Origin: a virus
Lineage: Duplodnaviria; Caudoviricetes
Virus record (IMG/VR): IMGVR_UViG_2791355221_000004
Location: 34,923 to 98,922 of that record
Length of the DNA stretch: 64,000 nucleotides
Direction: 5' to 3' (one strand)
The notes under the pieces were generated by a model, which searched no databases, was not told the DNA's origin, and saw only the letters and a list, made by a program, of their open reading frames with translations. A program made the translations under genes and the position numbers. How positions within the stretch are numbered: position 1 is the stretch's first letter; the number at the start of each line of letters is the position of its first letter. Positions 30,152 through 41,500 of this stretch are shown piece after piece.

Positions 30152-31606
30152 ATGAGTTTTTATGATGCTTATAATGCAAAATTAAGTGTAACTGATGCAG
30201 ATCCAAGAACTTATAGCATCAACAATACCAAGAGAGTTATTCAAGCAGGAATTAAGGATTCACCATCTTATATGGAAGTTACATTTAACAATTCTCTCCT
30301 AAGCGTAGGTGTTCAAATTGTAGATGATAGTAAAACTAAAGAGCTTAAGCTCTTATCAACACTAGACTCAAATTACACTTCTGGAAATTATGTTCACTGG
30401 AATAATGAGACATGGCTAACTCTAATTGTTGATGATATGGCAAGCATCTACAAGCGAGGAACCATTAAAAGATGTATTTCATCGTTAAAGTGGTGTGACT
30501 CATTAGGAGCAATTAAAGATGTATATTTTACTGAAGCAGAATACATAAGTCATAATCTAGGCTTAAACGATGGCAGAGTGATTACTTTGTCTGATGAGCG
30601 TAGAAGTATTGTTGTCCAAAAAAACATTGATACTCTTCGTATTCATAAGCAGCAACGCTTTATATTCGAAGAGGGTAGATGTTGGAGGGTAACAGGGATT
30701 AATTCACTGACTGAAAATCTAATAACATTTGAGCTTGAAGAAACATTACTAAACGAGAGTAAAGATAATGTTGCTTTGAGGATTGCAGACTATTTCATCC
30801 ATGATTACTCAATTCATATTTCCAATGGAAACAACGTTAATCTAAAACCAAATGACACTTTGCAACTTGAATTGGTAATTAAGGATCATGGAACAATAAC
30901 AAGCCTTCCTCTGACATACTTATCTTCTGATGATTCAATTATAACCGTAAATGAGACTGGATTAATTACTGCAATCTCAAACGGTATTGCAAACATTCGA
31001 GTATCTCTGACAAATAGCCCAGATGTTGTAGATACATTAGATGTAGTAGTAAGTGATGCTGTTCATTCTGGATGGACTCTAGATATTAGCGGTAGTGACT
31101 TCTGTAAAATCACTCAAGTTCAGAAGTTCATTGGAACAGTTAAAAACAATGGAGTAACCGACACTACTAAGTTAATCAGATGGACTCTCTACGATGACTC
31201 AGGAGTGCAACCAACTACATTAGGTGTGATTGTAAGCCAGTCGGGTCATGAAGTATCTATACGGGCTAATAAGAAGTATACAGGGTATGTGAAGATTAAA
31301 GGTGTCTGTTACGAAGGTACTAATTTCACGGTTGAGGATTTAGCTACCTTTACAATTGAAGACCTTTCAGAGTTAACAGTTGATCAGTTACATGATGCTG
31401 GATTCATATCTGAAGAGGTTGCAGAGTATTCAGTTGAAGAACTGTCTGTACACACAATTGATGAGTTATTTTCATTAGGATTAACAACGGAACAATTGGC
31501 CTCGTTTACTGTTGAAGATTTAGCTATGTATACTGTGGGCGAATTGGCTAATGAGAGAGTGTTGGTGTCTGCTATGAAAAGAGTCCAAATTAAGAGTTTA
31601 ATTTAA
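30152..31606 (+). CDS. head closure/neck protein with Ig-like domain and C-terminal 8-aa repeats
   Basis: YLSSDDSIITVNETGLITAISNGIANI (Big_2-like); (F/Y)TVEDL repeats. Confidence 0.65.
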   Translation: MSFYDAYNAKLSVTDADPRTYSINNTKRVIQAGIKDSPSYMEVTFNNSLLSVGVQIVDDSKTKELKLLSTLDSNYTSGNYVHWNNETWLTLIVDDMASIYKRGTIKRCISSLKWCDSLGAIKDVYFTEAEYISHNLGLNDGRVITLSDERRSIVVQKNIDTLRIHKQQRFIFEEGRCWRVTGINSLTENLITFELEETLLNESKDNVALRIADYFIHDYSIHISNGNNVNLKPNDTLQLELVIKDHGTITSLPLTYLSSDDSIITVNETGLITAISNGIANIRVSLTNSPDVVDTLDVVVSDAVHSGWTLDISGSDFCKITQVQKFIGTVKNNGVTDTTKLIRWTLYDDSGVQPTTLGVIVSQSGHEVSIRANKKYTGYVKIKGVCYEGTNFTVEDLATFTIEDLSELTVDQLHDAGFISEEVAEYSVEELSVHTIDELFSLGLTTEQLASFTVEDLAMYTVGELANERVLVSAMKRVQIKSLI

Positions 31607-31661
31607 GGGGAAAACACAAAACTGATTTGAGGAGGGGATTAAGATTAAGAATTTTATTAAC

Positions 31662-32117
31662 TTGAGTGAACAAAAAGTAGAGATAATGACCAGACTTATC
31701 GAATCAGAAGAGCTAGTCAAGGCTGTAGGCTATAATGAATCAAACTTCTTAGAGCAGCCAATCATAACTGACCCCTCTTCTCTTATATATGAAAACATAT
31801 ATCCGTACAGATTTGTCCCCGATCTTAACACGCACCAGAAAACGTTTATCACTCTCAGTTTCAGAGGATATAAGCCTGTTGATGGTTATTATAAATCAGG
31901 ATTAGTTTACTTTAATGTAATCACTCACAAAGACCTGATAAAGACAGATTATGGGGCCTTGCGATATGATTTTATTATTCAAAAAATTGATGAGCTGATG
32001 AATAATACTCGTGGACTAGGAATTGGCAACACTCAATTTCATAGTATGGACGAATTGTACATTGATGAGAAGTATATGGGTATGTTCATTGCGTACAAAC
32101 TTCTTGATTTTAGTTAG
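31662..32117 (+). CDS. tail terminator/completion-like protein
   Basis: Size and synteny. Confidence 0.55.
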   Translation: MSEQKVEIMTRLIESEELVKAVGYNESNFLEQPIITDPSSLIYENIYPYRFVPDLNTHQKTFITLSFRGYKPVDGYYKSGLVYFNVITHKDLIKTDYGALRYDFIIQKIDELMNNTRGLGIGNTQFHSMDELYIDEKYMGMFIAYKLLDFS

Positions 32118-32128
32118 GTGATTGAGCA

Positions 32129-32851
32129 ATGAGTGATATGGATCTAGAGTTGAAACTACTTGCGGGAATGCCAATTAATATTGAAGGTGTAGGCAAAATA
32201 TTCTCACCCACAGTAAGAGAAATTATTGAAATCGGTGAATCTAACTACAATCAATATTTATCAGCTCTCCTGTTTGACAAAAACAGTATTGAAACAGACA
32301 TCAAAGAAGAACTATCTAATTTCGAAATGATGTTTGCATACGCTTATCATCATGAAGAGTTTAGAAAAATTTTGTTTGAATCAATCTCATTCTTTTTCAA
32401 AGATGAAGTACATTTAGACCACGATGATCAAGATGTGTTTTTTCTATTTAAGAATGGAAAGATGGGGAAATCTGTATTCGAGAATGTACAAGATATTATT
32501 AAAACTGCAAATTGGGTCAGCGATTCTTCAGAAGAAAGTGAACAATACAATCCCGCCGATGAAGAAACTGCAAAGGTTATCAGAGAAATGCTGGAGAGAC
32601 GAAAGAAAAAAGCGAAGCCTAAACCTGTAGTTAATCTTTACAGCATTATCTCAGCTATAGCTTGGAAGTCTCCTGATATGAATATAAGCAAGATTTTAGA
32701 TTTGACAATCTTTCAACTCTATGATGGCTTTAGAAGATTAGAAAAAATTGATTCTATACATTACACATTGAATGGAATTTATTCTGGCAATGTGGATGCT
32801 AAAAAAATAAATATGTCCGATTTAAATTGGGCAAAAATCATTGAAACATAA
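32129..32851 (+). CDS. hypothetical tail-module protein
   Basis: Synteny. Confidence 0.6.
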   Translation: MSDMDLELKLLAGMPINIEGVGKIFSPTVREIIEIGESNYNQYLSALLFDKNSIETDIKEELSNFEMMFAYAYHHEEFRKILFESISFFFKDEVHLDHDDQDVFFLFKNGKMGKSVFENVQDIIKTANWVSDSSEESEQYNPADEETAKVIREMLERRKKKAKPKPVVNLYSIISAIAWKSPDMNISKILDLTIFQLYDGFRRLEKIDSIHYTLNGIYSGNVDAKKINMSDLNWAKIIET

Positions 32852-32869
32852 TTTAGGAGGAATTTAATA

Positions 32870-33670
32870 ATGGCAGCAATTAATTCATGGGTAATTCGAG
32901 ATGTTCCACTCGCTACGTTTGTTGAACCAGTCACTCGCAAGCCTTTCGCGTATTTATCTGATGTTAAAACAAGTGATTTGACGGTATCTTCTGATACGGT
33001 TTATGCAAAAGGTGGATCGGGTAATCCAAATATCATTGGGTTTAATAGTAACAAACAAGCAAAATTTAATATCTCTAACGCTGTGTTCGATAATACAGCG
33101 ATTGCGCTTCAAACTGGTAATCCAATTATTAAAGGTGCTAAAGCAATTCAACAACGTGAGGTGCTTACAGTTGCCACAAACTCGGCAACATTGACATATA
33201 CACCAGTAAGTACAACAGGAGCAATCGTTGGCGTATTTAAGAGAAATCCTGATGGGTCTCACGGTGCAGAAATAACTTTTACTGCCTCTACAGTTGCGAC
33301 AACTCAGTACACTCATTCAAGTTCAAAAACACTAGGATTCTTTGCTGGAGATTTTGCTGCAGGTGAACAAGTCATTGTTTACTACATGACTAATACAGAT
33401 GCTTTGGCACAAACTATTGTTGTTTCTACAAATAAATTCCCTTCTGCATTCGGGCTTGTCCTAGACACTGTTGCTAAGTCACCTTACGATGGGAAAGATT
33501 ACAGAGTGCAATTTAACATCTACTTGTGCAAGGCTGAAGACAATTGGACTATTTCAATGTCGGCTGACGGAGATCCGTCCGCGCATACTATGCCTATTGA
33601 GTGCCTAAAACAAGCAGGACAAACTGACTATTTCACAATGACAGTATTCGATGGCACTACTTTAACTTAA
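32870..33670 (+). CDS. major tail tube protein
   Basis: Strong RBS, Thr/Ala/beta-rich, position. Confidence 0.7.
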   Translation: MAAINSWVIRDVPLATFVEPVTRKPFAYLSDVKTSDLTVSSDTVYAKGGSGNPNIIGFNSNKQAKFNISNAVFDNTAIALQTGNPIIKGAKAIQQREVLTVATNSATLTYTPVSTTGAIVGVFKRNPDGSHGAEITFTASTVATTQYTHSSSKTLGFFAGDFAAGEQVIVYYMTNTDALAQTIVVSTNKFPSAFGLVLDTVAKSPYDGKDYRVQFNIYLCKAEDNWTISMSADGDPSAHTMPIECLKQAGQTDYFTMTVFDGTTLT

Positions 33671-33838
33671 TAAAATAGAATGAAAAACAAGGCTAGATTC
33701 GGATTATACATCTGCTTCGAAGCCTTGTTTTATTTTTTCACTACAATTTCATATGTATTAAAGACATTTTTCAACAGGGTTCAAACTTTGAATCTTGTTC
33801 AATTCTGTCTTGCTTGAAAACAAAAGGGAGGCTTCATA

Positions 33839-34372
33839 ATGTCAAATAAAACAAAGAAATTATCACTCACTGAATACAATAAACTTGAAAAACAATTTAA
33901 TGAACGTAAACAAATTCGAATTACGGTAATTCTACCTGAAGGTGAAACAAAAGAGTATGATCATTCAATTGCCACCACATTTAAACCAACTGATATTCAG
34001 AAACTTAGTATTGATTACCTCTCTCTTCTATATGAATTACAAAATAATCCAGATGTTACCTCAGAGACCTTTTATAATGCCAACTCTCTTCTTAATGCGT
34101 TAATTGTGAAGTATTTTTCAGATGTTCCAGTAACTATTGATAATCTTGAATCCATCATCAAAGTTTCCGAGGTGTTATTCAATCTAGGTATTATGGAACA
34201 ACTATTTGATGAGTCAAAGGGATTTTCTAAATCAGAAATTGAAAAATTAAGTGCTACTCTAGAAAAAAACAGTAAAGTTTTTGGTCAGCAATTTGGTGAG
34301 CTTGTGATTAAGTCAGGGTTTAATTTGACTGGAGATGAAACAGTTGGACGTAACGAATTGGAGTCAACTTGA
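33839..34372 (+). CDS. tail assembly chaperone-like protein
   Basis: Between the tail tube and tape measure genes. Confidence 0.55.
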   Translation: MSNKTKKLSLTEYNKLEKQFNERKQIRITVILPEGETKEYDHSIATTFKPTDIQKLSIDYLSLLYELQNNPDVTSETFYNANSLLNALIVKYFSDVPVTIDNLESIIKVSEVLFNLGIMEQLFDESKGFSKSEIEKLSATLEKNSKVFGQQFGELVIKSGFNLTGDETVGRNELEST

Positions 34373-34778
34373 GGATTATTTGAATAAGAAGATAGCTAGT
34401 GCTTTGAAAAATGAAGGTGCTGAAACAGCAAGAGATGAGATGCAGACGCATATCCAAGAGGATGTTTATGACGTGTATACTCCAATATCCTATGAAAGAC
34501 GGATGTATGATGACGGACTCATCGATCCTCGCAATATAGAGATTTTAATGCATAATGATAATACGATATCACTAGAAAACATTGCTTATGATGGTGAAAA
34601 GAATGTTCCTTTAATAGTGGAAACAGGTAACGGCTATTTTAGAGGTGCTTCTGATGTACTAACAAGAGGTAGAAAATTTACTGAAGCGACTAAACAAAGC
34701 TTACGTAAAAGTAACAAATTAGAGTCGGCTTTAGCAAAAGGATTGAAACGTCAGGGTTTAGATATAAGTTCGATATAA
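34335..34778 (+). CDS. HK97 gp10-like tail completion protein
   Basis: DVYDVYTP..YERR...IVETG.GY...RKFTE pattern. Confidence 0.55.
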   Translation: MKQLDVTNWSQLEDYLNKKIASALKNEGAETARDEMQTHIQEDVYDVYTPISYERRMYDDGLIDPRNIEILMHNDNTISLENIAYDGEKNVPLIVETGNGYFRGASDVLTRGRKFTEATKQSLRKSNKLESALAKGLKRQGLDISSI

Positions 34779-34875
34779 TAAAATAAATATTTCATTGTAA
34801 ACACACTCTATAAACCATTTGAGACATATGGTACAATATACCAATACATCTAATGTGTGTAGGGAGTGAATTAAT

Positions 34876-35424
34876 GTGTATAAAGCATTATTATTTTTGT
34901 GTATATCTGTTTCAATATTGTCGGCCTGTTCAAGTAACACTGAAAAGAAACAAGTCATCACTGTGGGATCAGCACCAACTGTAGCTGTAAAAAGTGAGAA
35001 TACTAAAGTAGATCCTGAAAAGGAAAGCCGTGATTTTGCGTTCGTTTTGATCAATTCTAGACAGCAATTTAAAGATATTGGAAGCATAGGTGTTAGTGCA
35101 TACAAAGATTTTATTGAGAAGAAGTCAACTAAGGATGAGTTTATTCAGAAAATTGAAACTATGAATGTTCAATTACAATCTGCATATAAAAAACTCGAAG
35201 CAGCAAAACTAAATGATGATCCAAATTTAAAATCACTTTATGCTGATCTTAAAAGCTTTGTGTCATTGTATTATTTAGATTACTATTATCATGGACTTTT
35301 AGCAGATTCTGTTGGAGATGATAAACTCTCTAAGAGTTTTAGTGAAAAAGCAAAACCATTAGAAAGCCAAAATCGTGATATAGATAAGAAACTAAATGAT
35401 TTAAAATTGCAGTACAAACTATAG
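34876..35424 (+). CDS. lipoprotein moron (possible superinfection exclusion)
   Basis: Signal peptide with lipobox LSAC; own TG-TACAAT promoter and terminator (~35433-35463). Confidence 0.7.
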   Translation: MYKALLFLCISVSILSACSSNTEKKQVITVGSAPTVAVKSENTKVDPEKESRDFAFVLINSRQQFKDIGSIGVSAYKDFIEKKSTKDEFIQKIETMNVQLQSAYKKLEAAKLNDDPNLKSLYADLKSFVSLYYLDYYYHGLLADSVGDDKLSKSFSEKAKPLESQNRDIDKKLNDLKLQYKL

Positions 35425-35546
35425 AAAAGCATGAGTCAAGGTATTCCACTTGGCTCTTTTTTTATATCTAAATTAAATATAACAATCATTAAAGGGGCGA
35501 TGATTTCTTCGCTTCTTTTTGTTTTCTAAAAAAGGAGTGAGGACAA

Positions 35547-38500
35547 TTGCCAGATACACTAAGGATATTAATTCAAGCATCATTAAATAAAGCGACATCA
35601 ATTACTGAGATTAATAAAGCAATTAAAGAATTATCAAATAACCCATCACTCCAAAAAATAAAAGTTAATGTTGAAATTGACTCTAAAATACTAGAAGTAC
35701 TATCAAATTTCAATAAAAATATAAACCAAATAACACAATCTACTCTTTCTCAAAGCAATGCAATGAAAGATACAATCAAGACAATAAGTCAAGAGACACA
35801 GGCAGTTAAAGACGCTACAGAAGCTCAAAAAAGATGGAATCTTGAAAGAAAGAAAACAGTTTCCGATGCTCAAAATAATGTCAAAAGAGTAACTGAAACT
35901 TTTGGTGATGGTGTAAATCAACAAATAAAAGACACTAAGTTTGTAAGTGGTGGCGTTGTTCAAACCACAACAGATATTATAAATCAGAAAAAAATGCTTG
36001 AAGAAGAAAAGAAAATTGATGCTGAGCGTGTCAGAAATGCAAACGAAACAAATAAGATAAGAAAAGCATTAGCTGATAAAGCAACTCAAGATGAAAATAA
36101 GAGATATAACGATTTTGTGGCAATAAAAAGGGCAGAATATGAAGCTCTAAAGAAAGCAAAAGCAGATGCCGCGGCATTACTAGCAGCACAAAATAAAGCA
36201 GAAGTTGATGTATTAAGTCTTAATCGTAGATATGGCACTAATGGCTCTAATGTCGATAATGCGGCTTTAAACAATTATTTATCTCAAATTAAAGCATTAA
36301 CTCCAGCCACATCTAACTTTAGGGAAGAAGCAGCAAGGTTAACAAACGAGATAAACAAAATAGGTGCCTCTGCGAAAGTTAGTTCTGGACATACCCTTGC
36401 GTTAGGTGAAGCCTTGAAATCATCTCTAGTTAAGATGACTGCGTTCATTGTTGGCGGCAGCTTGATTTCTGCACCTTTTCAATTCATAAGAGAAGGCATC
36501 ACCTATGTGAATGAATTAAACAAATCATTAACTGAGCTTTCCATTGTTTATTTGAAAAACCAAGGTGAAGTAGCTAAGTATGGTGAAGAGTTTCATAAAA
36601 TGGGTATGGAAATGGGGGTTGCAACTCAAGAGTTAGCAAAAGGTGCTGTTGAGTTTGCTAGACAAGGTTTGTCTCCTGAAGAAACTGCGAAGAGAATGGC
36701 ATCTGCTATTCAATATGCAAAGATCAGCAGTATTGATTTTACCTCATCTGCAAAAATTTTAACGGCTACAGTTAATTCAATGGGTGTGGATATTAATAGG
36801 GCATCTGATGTATTTAGCGCAATTGGTGATAGTGCAGCTACTTCTGCTTCTGAAGTTGGAGAAGCAATGCAGCGTGTTGGCGGTAGCGCGAATAGTATTG
36901 GATTAGAATTCGAGAAGGTCTCAAGTTGGATTGGACAGCTAAGTTCGTCTACGAGAGAGAGTTCATTCACAATAGGGAATAGTATTAAATCTATCATTGC
37001 AAGAGTTCAAAGCCTAAAAGAAAAAGGATTTGACGAAGAAGACGGTACTAAGATAAATCAAGTTTCTAAAGCACTTGCAGAAGTAGGAATTAGATTAGTT
37101 GATGAAAAAGGGAATTTCCGCAACTTTGGGACTGTCATGGATGAACTTGGTGCCAAGTGGGGTACTTTAACAAGTAGACAAAAAGCTTATATTAGTACTA
37201 CAACTGCAGGGTCGTTTCAGAGTAGTAGATTCATGAATCTTATGGAGGGATACAGTGATTCCGTAAAACTTTATGATATCGCTCTTACTTCTGCTGGTAT
37301 TAGTCAAAAGAAATTCAACCTATATCAAGATGGCACAGAAGCAAAATTAACGAAACTAAAAAATGCCTTTACAGGAATCTTTCAGTCTTCGTTTAAATCA
37401 GATGAAATAGGAAGTCTTATTCAGTCTCTAACTAGCCTAACACTTTGTATAGACAAAGTAGTTAAGACTGTTGGATTAATTCCACCTGTTATGTTTCTTG
37501 CCACTACAGCTTTCCTAGTCTTTAATACAGCAATGAGAGCATCTATTGCTACTTTTGCAGGTGGAAAATTATTTACAGCATTGGCAACAGCAGGAATGCA
37601 AATTCAAGCGCTAAGTATTTTTACTACTGCATACACAGGTTCTGCGATTGCAGCAAGAGTAGCTACAATAGGATTACAGGTCGCTTTAACAGGAGGTATT
37701 GCACTTGCTGTAGCAGCCGTTACAGTAGGAATCTCTAAATTAGTTGAGCGTCATCAACAATTAGCAGAGCAGCAAAAACAACTAGAAGACCAGCAAAAAA
37801 AAATTGCAACAAATTGGACTAATCAAAAAGATAAAATTACAGAGTTGGTTGCAGAATACACCAAACTTGATAATGCTACTAATAATGGAAAAAGTTTTTC
37901 TGATACCGCCCAACAAGAAAAATATTATGAAGTTAGTAAAAACTTGGCTGATTTGTTACCTAATCTTGTCCACCATATTGACGAAAAGGGTTTTGCACAT
38001 TTAAGGTCTGCTGATGCAATCTCTAAAGAGTTAGTTAACACTGAAAAACTTACTAAGCTTCAAAATGCGAAAGACCTTGCTACTGCTAACGATGATTTCA
38101 AGAAAATATTAAATGATAGACGAGTACTTCAATCTCAACTAAATACTATTAACAGAGATATTGAAAGAGGTTATTCAACTGCGACTGCTGGAGGAAAGGA
38201 TTACAAAGTAAAAACATACTCCGCGGCAGAAATTGCTACTTTAAGATTACAGGCAGAAGCTATAGGCTCTCAATTAGAATCTTCAACTGATTCAATACAC
38301 GCTAAGTTCTCTGGTTTGGTCGGAGTTTTGGTGCAGATATCAGGTGTTAAATTCGGCGATGATGCAAAAAATCAATTGAGTAAGTTTGTCGAGAATATGG
38401 ACATTTCTCAATTGTCATCAGACGATCTTGTTAAAAAGTTAGTACAGATATCTAGTATTATGAATCGTATCAAGGAGATACAATCTACTGATGGGCTAGA

Positions 38501-41500
38501 TAAAAATGATTCATTAAGCATGATGAGTACTCAAACAGATCTACTTGCAACTTCTTTAAATGCAACCAGTTCACAGGCGAAAAAATTTGTAAATGTAATG
38601 AACGGTGTTAAGCCTTCAGTTGATAAGTCGAATGAGTTATTTGAGAACTTAAATGACACTCAAAAAGCGTTACAACAACAATTTGAACAAACTGCTGAAT
38701 CGGTAAAACCTTTAAATGATGCAATTGATACGCTAAATAAAGAGCATCAACTATCTTCAAGTTCTATTATGGAACTTATTAAAAAATATCCAGAGTTGTA
38801 TGACAAAATTTCCACCGAGAATGGACAATTAGTCATTACAAAAGAGGCTATTGAGTCAGTAAGAAACGCAAAACTTAATGAACTGGAAGTAAGTATTCAA
38901 TCACAAAAGGCACAGGTCGATACACAAGAACAAGCATTAGTATCCAAACTTGCAGCTTATGGAGTTGAAATCGATGCAATTTCAAATGTAGCAGAAGCAA
39001 AAAAATCTCTTGCAGAAGCTGAAAAAAACTTAAATGATAGTTTCAATCCTAACGGCAGTGAAATGGAACAAAAAGGTAAGTTGCAAGATTTAGGTACTCT
39101 CAGTAATCAAATTCTTCAAATTGCTAAAACTAAAGAAGCATTAAAAGCATTGCAAGATGCAGCTAAAACTGGTTTTAACTTTAAGAACTCAACCAACACA
39201 GAGAAACCAAAAAATGAAAAGGAAGACACGCAAGCCAATCTACATATTTTAACTGATTTTTCAAAAGAGGAAATTGACAATATCAACAATGTTATAAAAG
39301 CGCGCGATTTGAACATAAAATCTCTTGAAAAGCAAGTTGAAGTTGCCAAGAAGACTGGGAATATTAATGTAGAGTTGGAACTTAGCAATAAATTACTCAT
39401 TGAACAAAAGGCTAAGCTAGAAGATATTGCTACAGCTAATAGTAATTTAAAAAAATCTGCTGATTCAGTTAGGGATACATATCAATCTTTAAGTGATCAA
39501 TTTTCAAAGGGTGGAGTTGGATTTGATGCATGGTTTAATGATGATGCTTCTGCTTCATCAAAGTATATTGAGGCAATCCACGCTATTGAAAAATCAATGC
39601 AAAATATCGAAGGTGACGGTAAAAATCTTTCTGATACTGACAAAAACAGAATTAAAGAATTAGAGAATCAAAGGGAACTTTATCAAAAGATATTCAACCA
39701 AATCCAAGGTATTAAACAATCTTGGAGTGGGAATTTAGATGAGATCCAGAAGGTTAAGGATTCAATCGAAGGTATAAGTGGAGATATATCTAACGTATTT
39801 AAATCTGAAATAGATAAAGTTATGGACGCTGCTTCTAAGGCAATAGATGTGACAATTGATAAGCTAAAGAAAAAGCTTGAAGCTAATCCCAATGATAATG
39901 TAATTTTAAATACCAAAGATTTGACTATTTCTATTGATGAAATCTTAGCCAAACTTGATGAAGCTGATGGTCGATACCCGAATGGTTTTCAAGTCATTGA
40001 CACTTCTAGTGACGCGCGCGCTAAGTTAGACAATTATAAAAATACATTGCTTGGATTGTCGAATGTAATTAGTGAAATGTCTAAAGAGTCCTCAAATAAC
40101 GCTTCTCAAACAAAAGCAAACATTGAGAAACAAATAGCATTTTCGCAGGATTTGAAGTCTCAAATTGCAAGCATGAAACAATACATTTCAAGTATGACGA
40201 CAATGTATCAGCAGCAAGAGGCATCTATTTCTAATCAGATAAAACTACACCAAAAGCAATATGATCTGATTATTGAGAATTTAAAGAAGCAGCTTGAGAT
40301 TCAAGACACCTTTAACATGGATGAGTTTTCGGATTCTATCGACTCAATCATTTCAGATTTGAATTCATTAGATGGAGTTTATGGAAAAGGGAATTTTATT
40401 GAATCAACACTAGGCACGAGAGAAGAACTCGATGCTTTTAAAGCTAAGATTCAAGATATTGCAAAAGCAGTATCGGATTATCAAAATGCTGCTGGAAACC
40501 CATCTCAGAATTCTATTCAAAATGAAATTGCATTCGTAAATGGCTTGAAATTAAAAATTGATGGACTTAACAATACTCTTCGTGATACTGAGTTGCAGTA
40601 TAAAAATGAGGAGAAAGCTCTTGAAAATCTTATCACTACTCAAACCAAATATTACGATGATCAAATCGCAGCCCAACAATTAGCTCTAAAAAACCTTGAC
40701 GAACAAATTGAAAAAGAAGATCGCCTAAAGAAGCTTCAAGATATCAATGATGAGATTAGCAAAACAAAAGCAGATAAACGATTCTCTTATATTGGTGCAG
40801 ACGGAAATGAAACCCTAACCTTTGATAAGGGTAAAGTTGGGGAATTAGAGAAGCAGCGGGACGAGTTGTTAAAACAGTATCAGCGTGATGATTTAAAGAA
40901 AGCTATTCAAGATAATATAGACACTCTTGAAAAAGCAAAACAAGAAACTATTAAGAAACTTCAGGATCAACTAGATAAGACTAAGCAGATTCATCAAATT
41001 GAGTTAGATGTTCAACGTTTGTATATTCAAAACATGCAAAACCTGTATCAAATTGCTGTCAATGATGTAAATGGTAAAATTGACAAATTGAAATCCTCTT
41101 ATGATAAGGAAATAACAAATGAGCAGGATAGGTTGACTCAGTTACAAGCAGTTCACCAACAGGAGTTAGCTAGTATGAATATGTACGTTGGGTATTTAAG
41201 TTCACTGGATGCTACGCTAGTCGCTAATACTCAGGCTAAGATTGATACTTTGAAGATCCAATTAGAAACTGAGCGCACTAATATGATTAATCATTGGATA
41301 GACTTGAATGACATCACGAAAACTGGTTCAAAGAAATTTAATGAATTAGTTGACGAGTGGAATAAAAGTGCTATTTCTAAACTTGATTCAATGGTTTCTG
41401 GAGCAAATGCAAGACTTATTCAAATGCAGCAGATTATGGCAGCTATGTCTGCAATGTCAGGTGGAGGTGGTGGATCTTCTTCTTCAAGTTCTGGTAGCTC

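Noticed and set aside
33839-34778. Programmed frameshift between the tail chaperone and the next ORF
   Set aside because: No clear slippery heptamer at the overlap, and the downstream ORF looks like an independent gp10-like gene
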